Positions 39,330-48,504 are shown, numbered from the stretch's first letter. The stretch: 64,000 nucleotides of DNA from an uncultured Clostridia bacterium (GCA_947570625.1 CANOUP010000003.1:19239-83238), one strand, 5' to 3'. The notes: a model not told the origin generated them from the letters alone. A program made the numbers and translations.

Positions 39330-40098
39330 TATTACGGTAGAAAATCTGACAGTAAATTATGTGTCGAATAAAAAGAGCGTAACGCTTGCATTGGATAACG
39401 TTTCCGTAAAATTTTATTCAAATAAAATAAATGTTATCGCTGGTAGCTCGGGTTGCGGCAAAACAACTCTTTTAAAGACTATAGCCGGCTTAATAAAAGA
39501 ATCTTCGGGAAATATATATTTTGATAACGTCAACGCAAGACAACTGACAATTCAAGAGCGTAATTTATCCTATGTTTCGCAGAATTACGTTTTATTCCCG
39601 CATAAAACAATTTATGATAACATAGCTTTTCCCTTAAAGATTATGGGTGCGCCGAGAGAAGAAGTTGACGCAAGGGTAATCGAGATTGCAAAAAGCCTTG
39701 ATTTGACGGCGTGTCTTACCCGTAAGCCAAAGCATATTTCAGGCGGTCAGCAGCAACGCGCCGCACTTGCCCGTGCGCTCGTAAAAAGACCGTCGGCGTG
39801 TCTTATGGACGAACCGCTTTCAAATCTTGACCCTGAACTAAGAGGTGAAGCCCGCAAGTTAATAAAAAGTGTGTTCGATAAATGCGGAATGACGGTAATT
39901 TACGTTACGCACGATTTCAGAGAAGCATTAGCGCTTGCGGATAATCTCATTATTATGGACGGCGGACAAGTTGCGGTATCGGGCAATCCTGCGGCGGTTT
40001 ATGCGAGCGATAATGCGGTTGTTCACGGATTGATTGAAGGAAGTAAAGCGGATTTTTCCGAATTTGCTAAAAAGACTGATTATGAAGAAAAAAATTAA
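39322..40098 (+). CDS. ABC transporter ATP-binding protein (NBD only)
   Basis: [28 protein letters not shown] and VTHD. 258 aa with no MalK-type regulatory domain. Confidence 0.85.
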   Translation: MPDITVENLTVNYVSNKKSVTLALDNVSVKFYSNKINVIAGSSGCGKTTLLKTIAGLIKESSGNIYFDNVNARQLTIQERNLSYVSQNYVLFPHKTIYDNIAFPLKIMGAPREEVDARVIEIAKSLDLTACLTRKPKHISGGQQQRAALARALVKRPSACLMDEPLSNLDPELRGEARKLIKSVFDKCGMTVIYVTHDFREALALADNLIIMDGGQVAVSGNPAAVYASDNAVVHGLIEGSKADFSEFAKKTDYEEKN

Positions 40099-40933
40099 AG
40101 TAGCCGAAAGCGATTTTTTACCTGAAATGTTACCGAAAAACAGAAAAGAAGTGTTTTTCGATTGCTTAAAAATGAGATATCCCGTCTTTTTATGGGCGGG
40201 AATCGTGTTGTTTTTGTTTTCATTGCCCGTATGTTTATTGCTTTTATTTCGGGATTTTCAAATATACGGATTATATGCGTCTTTTCAAAGCGGTGGAATA
40301 AACGAAAACGAATTGTCGGTTGCCATTACATCGTATAGAGTGTCGTTTACCCTTGCACAAATAATTGCGTTACCTATATTCGGCTTAGGGCTTGCGGGAG
40401 TTATTAAAGTTTTGCGTAGGTTAATTTGGGGAGAAGGGATATTTTATTCGGCAGACTTTAAAGACGGTATTAAAGAAAACGGTTTAAGATACGTGATTTT
40501 GTTTGCTCTTGCGGGCGTAATAATTTCACTTTGCGTTTTTATTGAAACGTATATGTCGGATGCGGGAAATCCCGTGCGATATATTTTGTTTGCAATTTTG
40601 ATTATACTTTTGCTGCCTGCAATGCTATATATGTTGTCGCTGACCGCTATTTATAATATAAAAGCGTGGGGATGTATAAAAAATTCATTTATTTTATATG
40701 TGAAAACTTTTCCCGTAACAGTTTTATTTGCTTTGATATTGGCTGCGGTTTATTTCGGATTACTTTTTATTCCTAATTTAACGGTAAAATATATTTTAAC
40801 ACCGATTTTAATTGTTTTTGCATTGCCGCTATTTATAACGGCGTGGCTTCTTTACAGTTGCAGGATTTTTGATAAATTTATAAACAAGGAACATCATCCC
40901 GAATATTACAATAAAGGAATCGGAGGGATTTAA
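40082..40933 (+). CDS. Polytopic membrane protein (possibly YesL/DUF624-like)
   Basis: About 6 hydrophobic segments. Start at ATG 40082, overlapping the upstream gene by 17 nt. The family assignment is tentative. Confidence 0.5.
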   Translation: MKKKIKVAESDFLPEMLPKNRKEVFFDCLKMRYPVFLWAGIVLFLFSLPVCLLLLFRDFQIYGLYASFQSGGINENELSVAITSYRVSFTLAQIIALPIFGLGLAGVIKVLRRLIWGEGIFYSADFKDGIKENGLRYVILFALAGVIISLCVFIETYMSDAGNPVRYILFAILIILLLPAMLYMLSLTAIYNIKAWGCIKNSFILYVKTFPVTVLFALILAAVYFGLLFIPNLTVKYILTPILIVFALPLFITAWLLYSCRIFDKFINKEHHPEYYNKGIGGI

Positions 40934-40942
40934 AGGAATAAT

Positions 40943-42250
40943 ATGAACTATTATTTGGCAATCGATATCGGGGCATCAAGCGGACGACATATCGTCGGTT
41001 GGCTCGAAAATAACGAAATAAAAACGGACGAGGTGTACCGTTTCCCTAACGGTATGAAGAAACAAAACAATCATCTCGTTTGGGACATCAAAAGCCTTTT
41101 TGAACACGTTAAAAAGGGTATCAGAGCGGCGCATAAAAAATATCCGTATATCGCTTCGATTGCAATAGACACTTGGGGTGTTGACTACGTCTTATTTACA
41201 GACAGCAGAGAGATAACGCCTTGTTTTGCATATAGAGATAATCGCACAGAAGCGGTTATAGACGAGGTACACGACAAAGTGCCTTTTGAGGAATTGTATG
41301 AAAGAACAGGTATACAGTTTCAGCCATTCAATACTGTGTATCAGTTTTACGACGATTTAAAGCGTAAGCGTTTGGATATGGCTTCGGACTTTTTAATGAT
41401 ACCCGAATATCTTAACTATATGCTTACGGGCGTGAAAATGCACGAATACACCAACGCCACAACGACGGGTTTGGTAAACGCAAAAACGAAAGAGTATGAT
41501 AGAGAGATAATAGAAAAGCTCGGATTCCCTATGCAGTTATTCGGAAAACTATATCAGCCGGGAACGAGCGTGGGTATGTTAAAACCCGAAATTGCTATTG
41601 CCGTAGGCGGGCAGACGGAAGTCGTTTTGTGTGCTTCTCACGACACGGCAAGCGCAGTCGAGGGTATACCTATGGACGGTGACAGTCCGTATATTTCAAG
41701 CGGAACCTGGTCGCTGTTGGGGCTTAAAGTGCCTGATGCAATCACGGACGAGAATAGCAGAAAAGCCAACTATTCCAATGAGGGCGGCGTAGGTTATACC
41801 CGCTATCAGAAGAACATTATGGGTATGTGGGTAGTCAATCGTTTGCGTGATGAACTCTGTCCTGATAAACCTTTCCTGCAAATCGTGGAGGAAGCAAGAC
41901 AAAGTATGTTCAATGATTACGTTTACGTAAACGATAACTTATTTGTTGCGCCGAAAAGCATGAAAGAAGCGTTCGACAAATGGCTTGAAAACGAAATAAT
42001 AAAACCGCAAACCGAAAGCGATTATTTCTGTTGTGCCTTTATAAGCCTTGCAATCAGCTATATGAACGCATTGGACGAATTAAAGAAGAACAGCGGAAAA
42101 GATTTTGATACACTTTACATAGTAGGCGGCGGAGCAAAGAACAGCTTGCTAAACGAATTAACGGAGCAAGTTTGCAAAATAAAAGTGAAAGCACTTCCCA
42201 TTGAAGCTACGGCTATCGGGAATTTGAAAATACAAATCGGGAGGCAATAA
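40943..42250 (+). CDS. rhaB: Rhamnulokinase
   Basis: FGGY-family kinase (YLAIDIGASSGRHIVG...) directly upstream of rhaA and rhaD. Confidence 0.85.
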   Translation: MNYYLAIDIGASSGRHIVGWLENNEIKTDEVYRFPNGMKKQNNHLVWDIKSLFEHVKKGIRAAHKKYPYIASIAIDTWGVDYVLFTDSREITPCFAYRDNRTEAVIDEVHDKVPFEELYERTGIQFQPFNTVYQFYDDLKRKRLDMASDFLMIPEYLNYMLTGVKMHEYTNATTTGLVNAKTKEYDREIIEKLGFPMQLFGKLYQPGTSVGMLKPEIAIAVGGQTEVVLCASHDTASAVEGIPMDGDSPYISSGTWSLLGLKVPDAITDENSRKANYSNEGGVGYTRYQKNIMGMWVVNRLRDELCPDKPFLQIVEEARQSMFNDYVYVNDNLFVAPKSMKEAFDKWLENEIIKPQTESDYFCCAFISLAISYMNALDELKKNSGKDFDTLYIVGGGAKNSLLNELTEQVCKIKVKALPIEATAIGNLKIQIGRQ

Positions 42251-42251
42251 A

Positions 42252-43484
42252 ATGTACGATTATGCAAAGAAAGTATACGCGGAATACGGTGTGGATACCG
42301 AAGCCGCGCTTGCAAAACTTAAAGATATTCCCGTGTCAATCCATTGTTGGCAAGGGGACGACGTAATAGGACTCGACGGTGGCGGTACAGCATCGGGTGG
42401 TATTCAGACAACGGGCAACTATCCGGGCAGAGCAAGGAATTTCGACGAACTCAAAGCCGATATCAAGAAAGCGTTCTCGCTTATGCCGGGGACAAAGCGT
42501 TTGAATTTACACGCAAGCTACGCGGTAGGCGCAACGGTTGACAGGGATAAATACGAGCCTAAACATTTTAAGGCTTGGGTCGATTTTGCAAAAGAGATAG
42601 GCTTGCAGGGCATTGACTTTAACCCCACGATGTTTAGCCATAAAAACGTAAAGGATGGTTTGACATTATCTTCGCCTGATGAGATTATAAGAAAGTTTTG
42701 GGTAGAGCATTGCAAGGCTTGTTTGAAGATTGCAGAATACTTTGCAACCGAAATGAACAGCCATTGCCTTGTAAATATTTGGATACCCGACGGATTTAAG
42801 GATGTACCCGCAGATAGACTTACGCCGAGATTAAGATTAAAGAAATCGTTGGACGAAATACTGTCTTGCGGTTACGATAAAAACAAAGTGATAGTAGCGG
42901 TAGAGAGCAAGGTGTTTGGGATAGGCGTTGAAAGCTACACCGTAGGCAGTAACGAGTTCTATCAGAACTATGCGGCAAAGAACGGTATCTGCTGTCTTTT
43001 GGATAACGGACACTATCATCCGCTTGAATATGTCAGCGATAAAATTCCTGCGCTTTTAGCGTTCTATGATAGAGTTGCCTTGCACGTTACAAGAGGTGTG
43101 CGTTGGGATAGCGACCACGTTGTATTGTTAGAGGACGAGCTTAAAGAGATTGCAAAAGAGATTGTTCGTAACGACGCAACCGAAAAGGTTATGATAGGTC
43201 TTGACTATTTCGATGCAAGCATTAACCGCCTTGCGGCGTGGATCGTTGGACAGCGCAATATGCAAAAAGCATTATTATGGGCGTTGTTGCAACCAAACGG
43301 TAAACTCAAAGCGTTGCAGGACGAAAGCAACTTTACCGAACTTATGGTATTGCAGGAAGAACTTAAAACCTTACCGTTTGAAGCGGTATGGGCAGAGTAT
43401 CTTAATCGTCAGAAAGTGGCGGGCGCAAATTGGTACGGGCAAATCAAAGAATATGAAAAAACAGTATTAAACCATAGGAGCTAA
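42252..43484 (+). CDS. rhaA: L-rhamnose isomerase
   Basis: IHCWQGDDV, GGIQTTGNYPG, SNEFY and VRWDSDHVVLL align closely with E. coli RhaA as recalled. Confidence 0.95.
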   Translation: MYDYAKKVYAEYGVDTEAALAKLKDIPVSIHCWQGDDVIGLDGGGTASGGIQTTGNYPGRARNFDELKADIKKAFSLMPGTKRLNLHASYAVGATVDRDKYEPKHFKAWVDFAKEIGLQGIDFNPTMFSHKNVKDGLTLSSPDEIIRKFWVEHCKACLKIAEYFATEMNSHCLVNIWIPDGFKDVPADRLTPRLRLKKSLDEILSCGYDKNKVIVAVESKVFGIGVESYTVGSNEFYQNYAAKNGICCLLDNGHYHPLEYVSDKIPALLAFYDRVALHVTRGVRWDSDHVVLLEDELKEIAKEIVRNDATEKVMIGLDYFDASINRLAAWIVGQRNMQKALLWALLQPNGKLKALQDESNFTELMVLQEELKTLPFEAVWAEYLNRQKVAGANWYGQIKEYEKTVLNHRS

Positions 43485-43486
43485 CT

Positions 43487-44302
43487 ATGTCAGAACTTTT
43501 TACAAATATACCCTTCGTCAAAGAATTGGCTGCAACGGCAGACAATATGTATCGTCTTGGCTGGGACGAGAGAAACGGCGGCAATATCAGTTACTTGATT
43601 CCCGAAGAAGAAGTAGCGGCGTATCTCGACATACACCACGTTAAAAGAACGATACCGCTCGGCTTTAATGCCAAAGAGCTTGTCGGCAAATATTTTCTCG
43701 TTACGGGAACGGGCAAGTATTTCAAAAACGTAAACGGCGATCCCGAAACAAATCTTGGTTTATTCCGTATTGCAAAAGACGGACAGAACGCAGAGCTTTT
43801 ATGGGGTTATGCGGACGGTGGTAAGTTTACGAGCGAACTTCCTGCACACCTTATGAGCCATATCGAAAGATTAAAGGTAGATCTCGAAAACAGAGTGATA
43901 ATGCACACACACCCGACGAATCTGCTTGCAATGACTTACGTTCACGAACTCGATACGAAGAAGTTTACCCATACGCTTTGGCAGATGAGTACGGAGTGTA
44001 TCGTTGTATTCCCCGACGGAGTGGAAGTTTTACCGTGGATGCTTTGCGGCACGAATGAAATCGGCGTTGCAACGGCAGAAAAGATGAAATCGGCAAGGGT
44101 AGTCGTATGGGCATTGCATGGAATATACGGCTCAGGTAAGACGCTCGATGAAACTTTCGGTCTTATCGAAACGGTAGAAAAGGCGTCGGAAATCTTTATC
44201 AAAACAGCGCACTTGCCGAGATTGAACACAATTACGGACAGTCAGTTAAAAGAGCTTGCAGGTCTTTTTAAGGTTGAGGTAAGAAAAGGGATATTGTCCT
44301 AA
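43487..44302 (+). CDS. rhaD: Rhamnulose-1-phosphate aldolase
   Basis: GWDERNGGN, TSELPAHLMSH, TECIVVFPDG and HGIYGSG match RhaD. Confidence 0.93.
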   Translation: MSELFTNIPFVKELAATADNMYRLGWDERNGGNISYLIPEEEVAAYLDIHHVKRTIPLGFNAKELVGKYFLVTGTGKYFKNVNGDPETNLGLFRIAKDGQNAELLWGYADGGKFTSELPAHLMSHIERLKVDLENRVIMHTHPTNLLAMTYVHELDTKKFTHTLWQMSTECIVVFPDGVEVLPWMLCGTNEIGVATAEKMKSARVVVWALHGIYGSGKTLDETFGLIETVEKASEIFIKTAHLPRLNTITDSQLKELAGLFKVEVRKGILS

Positions 44303-44309
44303 TAAATAC

Positions 44310-45293
44310 ATGGAAGAAAGTAAAAAAGCAAAAACGAACACCGCTAATTTGGTACAGAACTATATCGGCATAGATATAGGCGGTACAACAATTAAAGGCG
44401 CAATTATTAACCATAGCGGAGATATACTTCGGGAAGCGAGAATTGAAACGAGTGCAAAAGGCGATGGCGAAGGTTTGAGAAACAATGTCGTTGCGCTTGT
44501 CAATGAAATGGTAATGGGGTACGGCGGTTTCAAATCTTCGTTCGGCGGAATCGGAATAGGTTGCCCCGGACTAATTGACAGTAAGCGCGGTATGATTGTT
44601 TTTTCGGGAAATCTCGGATTAAATTATTATCCGCTCGGAAGTGTGGTATCGGATAGTCTTGGAATGTCCGTCAAGGTTACGAACGACGCTAACGCCGCAG
44701 CTTTGGGAGAAGCTAAATTCGGTGCGGGTAAAAAGTATAAAGACAGTATACTGATAACGCTTGGAACGGGCGTAGGCGGCGGAATTGTTGTTGACGGAAA
44801 GCTGTTTGAGGGCGGAAGTTCGGCGGGAACTGAAATAGGGCATACTGTTATCGTTGAGAACGGAGAACCTTGTACTTGTGGAAGAAAAGGTTGTCTTGAA
44901 GCGTATTCATCCGCAACAGCGCTAATCCGCAAGACGAAGGAAATTATGCAGGAAAACGAAGATTCCGCTATGTGGAAAAAATATAATCTCAAAATGGTTT
45001 CGGGCAAGACTGCGTTCGATTATGCCGAAACGGACGAAGCGGCAAAAAGTGTTGTGGATTGGTACGTTAAATACCTTGCCTGTGGCGTTACCAACCTTGC
45101 AAATATATTCCGTCCGCAAGTGGTTATGCTCGGCGGCGGTGTGGCGGCACAAAAAGATAAACTCACAAAACCCGTTCAGAAGCTGTTGGACAAACAAATT
45201 TTTGCGGGGCAAGGATACGCAGGTGTTAAAGTAGTTACCGCTTCGCTTGGTAATAAAGCGGGCGTTTACGGAGCGGCAGCTTTGAATATGTAA
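44310..45293 (+). CDS. ROK-family sugar kinase (glucokinase-like)
   Basis: IGIDIGGTTIKG and the zinc motif GHTVI...CTCGRKGCLE. Confidence 0.85.
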   Translation: MEESKKAKTNTANLVQNYIGIDIGGTTIKGAIINHSGDILREARIETSAKGDGEGLRNNVVALVNEMVMGYGGFKSSFGGIGIGCPGLIDSKRGMIVFSGNLGLNYYPLGSVVSDSLGMSVKVTNDANAAALGEAKFGAGKKYKDSILITLGTGVGGGIVVDGKLFEGGSSAGTEIGHTVIVENGEPCTCGRKGCLEAYSSATALIRKTKEIMQENEDSAMWKKYNLKMVSGKTAFDYAETDEAAKSVVDWYVKYLACGVTNLANIFRPQVVMLGGGVAAQKDKLTKPVQKLLDKQIFAGQGYAGVKVVTASLGNKAGVYGAAALNM

Positions 45294-45318
45294 AAAATTT
45301 TTTGAGAGGTAAAATAAA

Positions 45319-46467
45319 ATGTCAAACAGAATAGTATTAAACGAAACAAGCTATCACGGCGCAGGCTGTATCAAGGAAATTGTAGGGGAAGTGCAAAGAC
45401 GAGGACTCAAAAAGGCGTTTGTATGTTCAGATCCCGACCTTGTAAAATTTAAGGTTACGAATAAGGTTTTGGACGTCTTAAAGAGTGCGAATCTTGCGCA
45501 CGAGCTTTATAGCGATATTAAACCCAATCCCACGATAGAAAACGTGCAGTCGGGCGTTGCTGCCTATAAAAAGAGCAAGGCAGATTATATTATTGCAATC
45601 GGCGGCGGATCTTCAATGGACACCGCAAAGGCAATCGGCATTATAATAAACAATCCCGAATTTGAGGACGTGCGCTCGTTGGAAGGCGTTGCGCCTACAA
45701 AGAAAGCTTCCGTACCAATTATCGCTGTTCCCACAACGGCAGGTACGGCTGCGGAAGTTACCATTAACTACGTTATAACCGACGTTGAGAAAAAGCGCAA
45801 GTTCGTGTGCGTTGACGTTCACGATATACCCGTAGTAGCAGTAGTTGACAGCGATATGATGAGTACAATGCCCAAAGGCTTAACCGCCGCAACGGGTATG
45901 GATGCGCTTACCCACGCAATAGAGGGTTACATTACCAAAGGCGCGTGGGAAATGACCGATATGTTCCACTTAAAGGCTATTGAAATTATTTCAAAATCAT
46001 TACGCGGCGCGGTTAACGGCGAAAAGGACGGAAGAGAGGGCATGGCTCTCGGTCAGTACGTTGCAGGCATGGGCTTTTCCAACGTGGGGCTGGGCATAGT
46101 TCACTCTATGGCGCACGCTTTGGGTGCGGTATATGATACGCCGCACGGCGTTGCAAACGCAATACTGCTGCCTACGGTTATGGCTTACAATGCGGAAGCC
46201 ACAGGCGAAAAGTACCGCGATATAGCAAAGGCAATGGGCGTTGCAAACGTTGATAAAATGGGCTTGACCGAAGCAAGAAAAGCCGCATGCGAAGCGGTTG
46301 CCAAGCTATCCAAAGACGTAGGTATTCCGCAGGACTTAAAGGGGATTGTCAGGGAAAAGGATATAGATTTCCTTGCACAGTCCGCAATGGACGATGCTTG
46401 CCGTCCGGGTAATCCCAAAGAACCTACGAAAGAAGATATTGTAAAACTTTATAAATCATTGTTATAA
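45319..46467 (+). CDS. fucO: Lactaldehyde reductase (Fe-dependent 1,2-propanediol oxidoreductase)
   Basis: Strong resemblance to E. coli FucO throughout (IINNPEFEDVRSLEG, PTTAGTAAEVTINYVITD, GMGFSNVGLG). Confidence 0.92.
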   Translation: MSNRIVLNETSYHGAGCIKEIVGEVQRRGLKKAFVCSDPDLVKFKVTNKVLDVLKSANLAHELYSDIKPNPTIENVQSGVAAYKKSKADYIIAIGGGSSMDTAKAIGIIINNPEFEDVRSLEGVAPTKKASVPIIAVPTTAGTAAEVTINYVITDVEKKRKFVCVDVHDIPVVAVVDSDMMSTMPKGLTAATGMDALTHAIEGYITKGAWEMTDMFHLKAIEIISKSLRGAVNGEKDGREGMALGQYVAGMGFSNVGLGIVHSMAHALGAVYDTPHGVANAILLPTVMAYNAEATGEKYRDIAKAMGVANVDKMGLTEARKAACEAVAKLSKDVGIPQDLKGIVREKDIDFLAQSAMDDACRPGNPKEPTKEDIVKLYKSLL

Positions 46468-46491
46468 TAATCTGACACAATACTGAAGACT

Positions 46492-46704
46492 ATGGAAACA
46501 CTAAGGAATAACGAAGCTAATAACACAGAAAAAAGCCATATCCGTTGTCCAAGATGCGATAAGGAGATTTTTCAAGCAGTCGCTATGACTGAATGTATAG
46601 TTAAATGCAATAAATGTCATAGACGATATTTGATAAATGCACAAGACGGTAGTGTTTCCATTATATTATTAAGAAAACCAAAAGACGAGAAAGGAAGCGT
46701 GTGA
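46492..46704 (+). CDS. Small zinc-ribbon protein, phage Mu Com-like
   Basis: CPRC...CNKC paired cysteines, 70 aa. It lies in the AT-rich right arm of the island. Confidence 0.5.
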   Translation: METLRNNEANNTEKSHIRCPRCDKEIFQAVAMTECIVKCNKCHRRYLINAQDGSVSIILLRKPKDEKGSV

Positions 46705-46718
46705 TGCGCTTCCTTTTT
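46691..46718 (+). terminator. Intrinsic terminator overlapping the end of the Com-like ORF
   Basis: aggaagcg-tgtgatg-cgcttcct followed by tttttt. Confidence 0.7.
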
Positions 46719-46968
46719 TACATAAAAACAATTTTATAGACAATAAGTGCCAAAATATGCAGTTATAATTTTTATATAATGAGCATAAGCACCAATGTGT
46801 GTAGTATAGCACAGTCATAAGCCTTGAAAGACAGGATAGGGAGTGTGTGTACTTATGACAAATTATTAGATGCACGACAACTTAATATTTTACTGTAATA
46901 TAATCTGAATCCGCAAAAATAAGCGAGTAGAGTTTGAGCAGGGCTAAACCTTTAATAGACAAATAGTT

Positions 46969-47313
46969 TTGCCCAAAAATCTCGTTAATATTTTAAAAGA
47001 GTATAAAGTTATATGTGAGCAAGAATATGATTTTGCAGAAAATAATTTTGTGTTTGGCGGAAAATTTCCTTTATCATCTCAAACAGTTAGACGAAGATTA
47101 AATGAGTATGCCGATAAAGCAGGAGTAAAAAGGATAAGAGTACACGATCTGCGTCATTCTCATGCATCCTTACTAATTAATAAGGGACAAAATATATTAA
47201 TTGTTTCTCAAAGACTTGGACACAGTGATATAACCCAAACTTTAAATACATACAGTCATTTGTTCCCAAATGTACAAAAGCAAATTATAGACGCAATAGA
47301 TTTAGAATTATAA
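46969..47313 (+). pseudogene. Tyrosine recombinase / phage integrase, C-terminal catalytic fragment only
   Basis: HDLRHSHASLLI and GHSDITQTLNTYSHL (HxxR, H and Y catalytic residues). Only about 114 aa with no ATG start. There is an in-frame TAA 21 nt upstream, and too little room (265 nt) for the N-terminal domains. Confidence 0.8.
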
Positions 47314-47315
47314 AA

Positions 47316-47343
47316 AAAGCACTTTTAATAAAGTGCTTTTTTT
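47316..47343 (+). terminator. Intrinsic terminator after the integrase fragment
   Basis: aaagcactt-ttaata-aagtgcttt followed by a T-run. Confidence 0.7.
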
Positions 47344-47462
47344 AAATTGAAAATTTTTAAGAAATACGACATTGGATTGACTTTACTAAAAGAATTTGAT
47401 AAAATCAAAACAGTTTGGTAAATGAATAAAAAATGAATAGTAATTTTATCAAAAAAATAGTT

Positions 47463-47496
47463 TAGTGGACGCTTTAGTGGACACTTTAGTGGACAC
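47463..47496. repeat. Three tandem 12-bp repeats TAGTGGAC(G/A)C(TT), candidate integrase arm-type sites
   Basis: tagtggacgc at 47463, tagtggacac at 47475 and at 47487. They lie 70 nt from the tRNA-Trp 3' end. Confidence 0.6.
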
Positions 47497-47566
47497 TTGA
47501 TTAACAAGTACTATATTTAGTGTAACAAAAACGCTCACACCACAACATATTGTGATATGAGCGCAT

Positions 47567-47641
47567 TGGCAGGGGAGACACGATTCGAACATGCAACCGA
47601 CGGTTTTGGAGACCGCGACTCTACCGTTGAGCTACTCCCCT
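47567..47641 (-). tRNA. trnW: tRNA-Trp (anticodon CCA), CCA end encoded
   Basis: The minus strand folds by hand as AGGGGAG-TA-GCTC-AACGGTA-GAGT-C-GCGGT-CTCCAAA-ACCGT-CGGTT-GCATG-TTCGAAT-CGTGT-CTCCCCT-G-CCA (75 nt). Confidence 0.9.
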
Positions 47642-47706
47642 AAGGCTTTAAAACGTGTAGATTATATAACATTAAATCAGTTTAGTCAACTGTTTTCGGA
47701 GAATTT

Positions 47707-48504
47707 ATGAAAAAACAATTCAAGCTCGGAGTAATTGGATGCGGTTTTTGGGCGCAAACAATATTAAAGGGAATCGTACTGTCGGACTTTTTACGCGGAA
47801 AGAAAATACTTGTCTGCGACACTTCGGAAGAAAAGCTTGAAGAAGTGCGCAGTCTCGGTGTGCGTATGTGTGCAGATTACAGAGCCGTAGCGCAAAATTG
47901 CGAGTATGTTTTGTTTGCGGACGATTCTGTACGTATAGACGGGCTCAACGGCGCAAAGTTTGAAAAAGTAATTTGCGCTGTTCCGAATTTGAGGAAAAAC
48001 ACGGTTAAAAATTACTTGGGAACGGGTACGGTAAAAGTTGCAAGGTGTGTACTGAATTTGCCTTGTTCTATCGGGAGCGGTACTGTCGGTGTCGATATGA
48101 CGGATTTCAATAAATCGGTTGACGATACCGAATTTATAAGCAACGTATTGAATTGTATAGGAACGGTTTTAAGCGTAGACGAAAGCAAAATGGATGCCGT
48201 TGCAGGTTTAAGCGGAAACGGAAGCGCATATGCGCTTATGTTTTTAGATGCGCTCATCGACGGCGGTGTAAACGGAGGGCTGTCTAAAAACGAGGCTAAA
48301 ATTCTAGCGGTTCAAACATTGCTCGGTACTGCCGAACTTGCGGAACACGGCGAGAAAACGCTTGCAGAACTTACTATGCAGGCGTGTAAGGGAAGCGCCG
48401 TTATGGAAGCAGTGAAGGTATTGGAGCAGAACAATTTCCGCAAAACGGTTTCAGAAGCCGTTGCCGAGTGTATCAAACGAACGAAAGAGTTATCCGCGAA
48501 ATGA
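47707..48504 (+). CDS. proC: Pyrroline-5-carboxylate reductase-like protein (divergent)
   Basis: The C-terminal P5CR dimerisation-like region is GSAYALMFLDALIDGGVNGGLSKNEAKILAVQTLLGTAEL. The N-terminal Rossmann motif GVIGCGFWAQ is atypical. Confidence 0.6.
   Translation: MKKQFKLGVIGCGFWAQTILKGIVLSDFLRGKKILVCDTSEEKLEEVRSLGVRMCADYRAVAQNCEYVLFADDSVRIDGLNGAKFEKVICAVPNLRKNTVKNYLGTGTVKVARCVLNLPCSIGSGTVGVDMTDFNKSVDDTEFISNVLNCIGTVLSVDESKMDAVAGLSGNGSAYALMFLDALIDGGVNGGLSKNEAKILAVQTLLGTAELAEHGEKTLAELTMQACKGSAVMEAVKVLEQNNFRKTVSEAVAECIKRTKELSAK

Larger units (their letters stand above)
6651..47583. mobile_element. tRNA-Trp-linked genomic island (about 40.9 kb) bounded by a 17-bp direct repeat; integrase decayed
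   Basis: tggcaggggagacacga occurs at 6651-6667 and again at 47567-47583, where it is the 3' end (T-stem, acceptor, CCA) of tRNA-Trp. The integrase C-terminal fragment and tandem repeats lie next to the intact tRNA. Both arms are AT-rich. Confidence 0.65.

Noticed and set aside
47463-47496. The tandem repeats considered as a possible CRISPR array.
   Set aside because: There are only three 12-bp units with no spacers and no cas genes, and they sit beside an att site. This fits recombinase arm-type sites instead.
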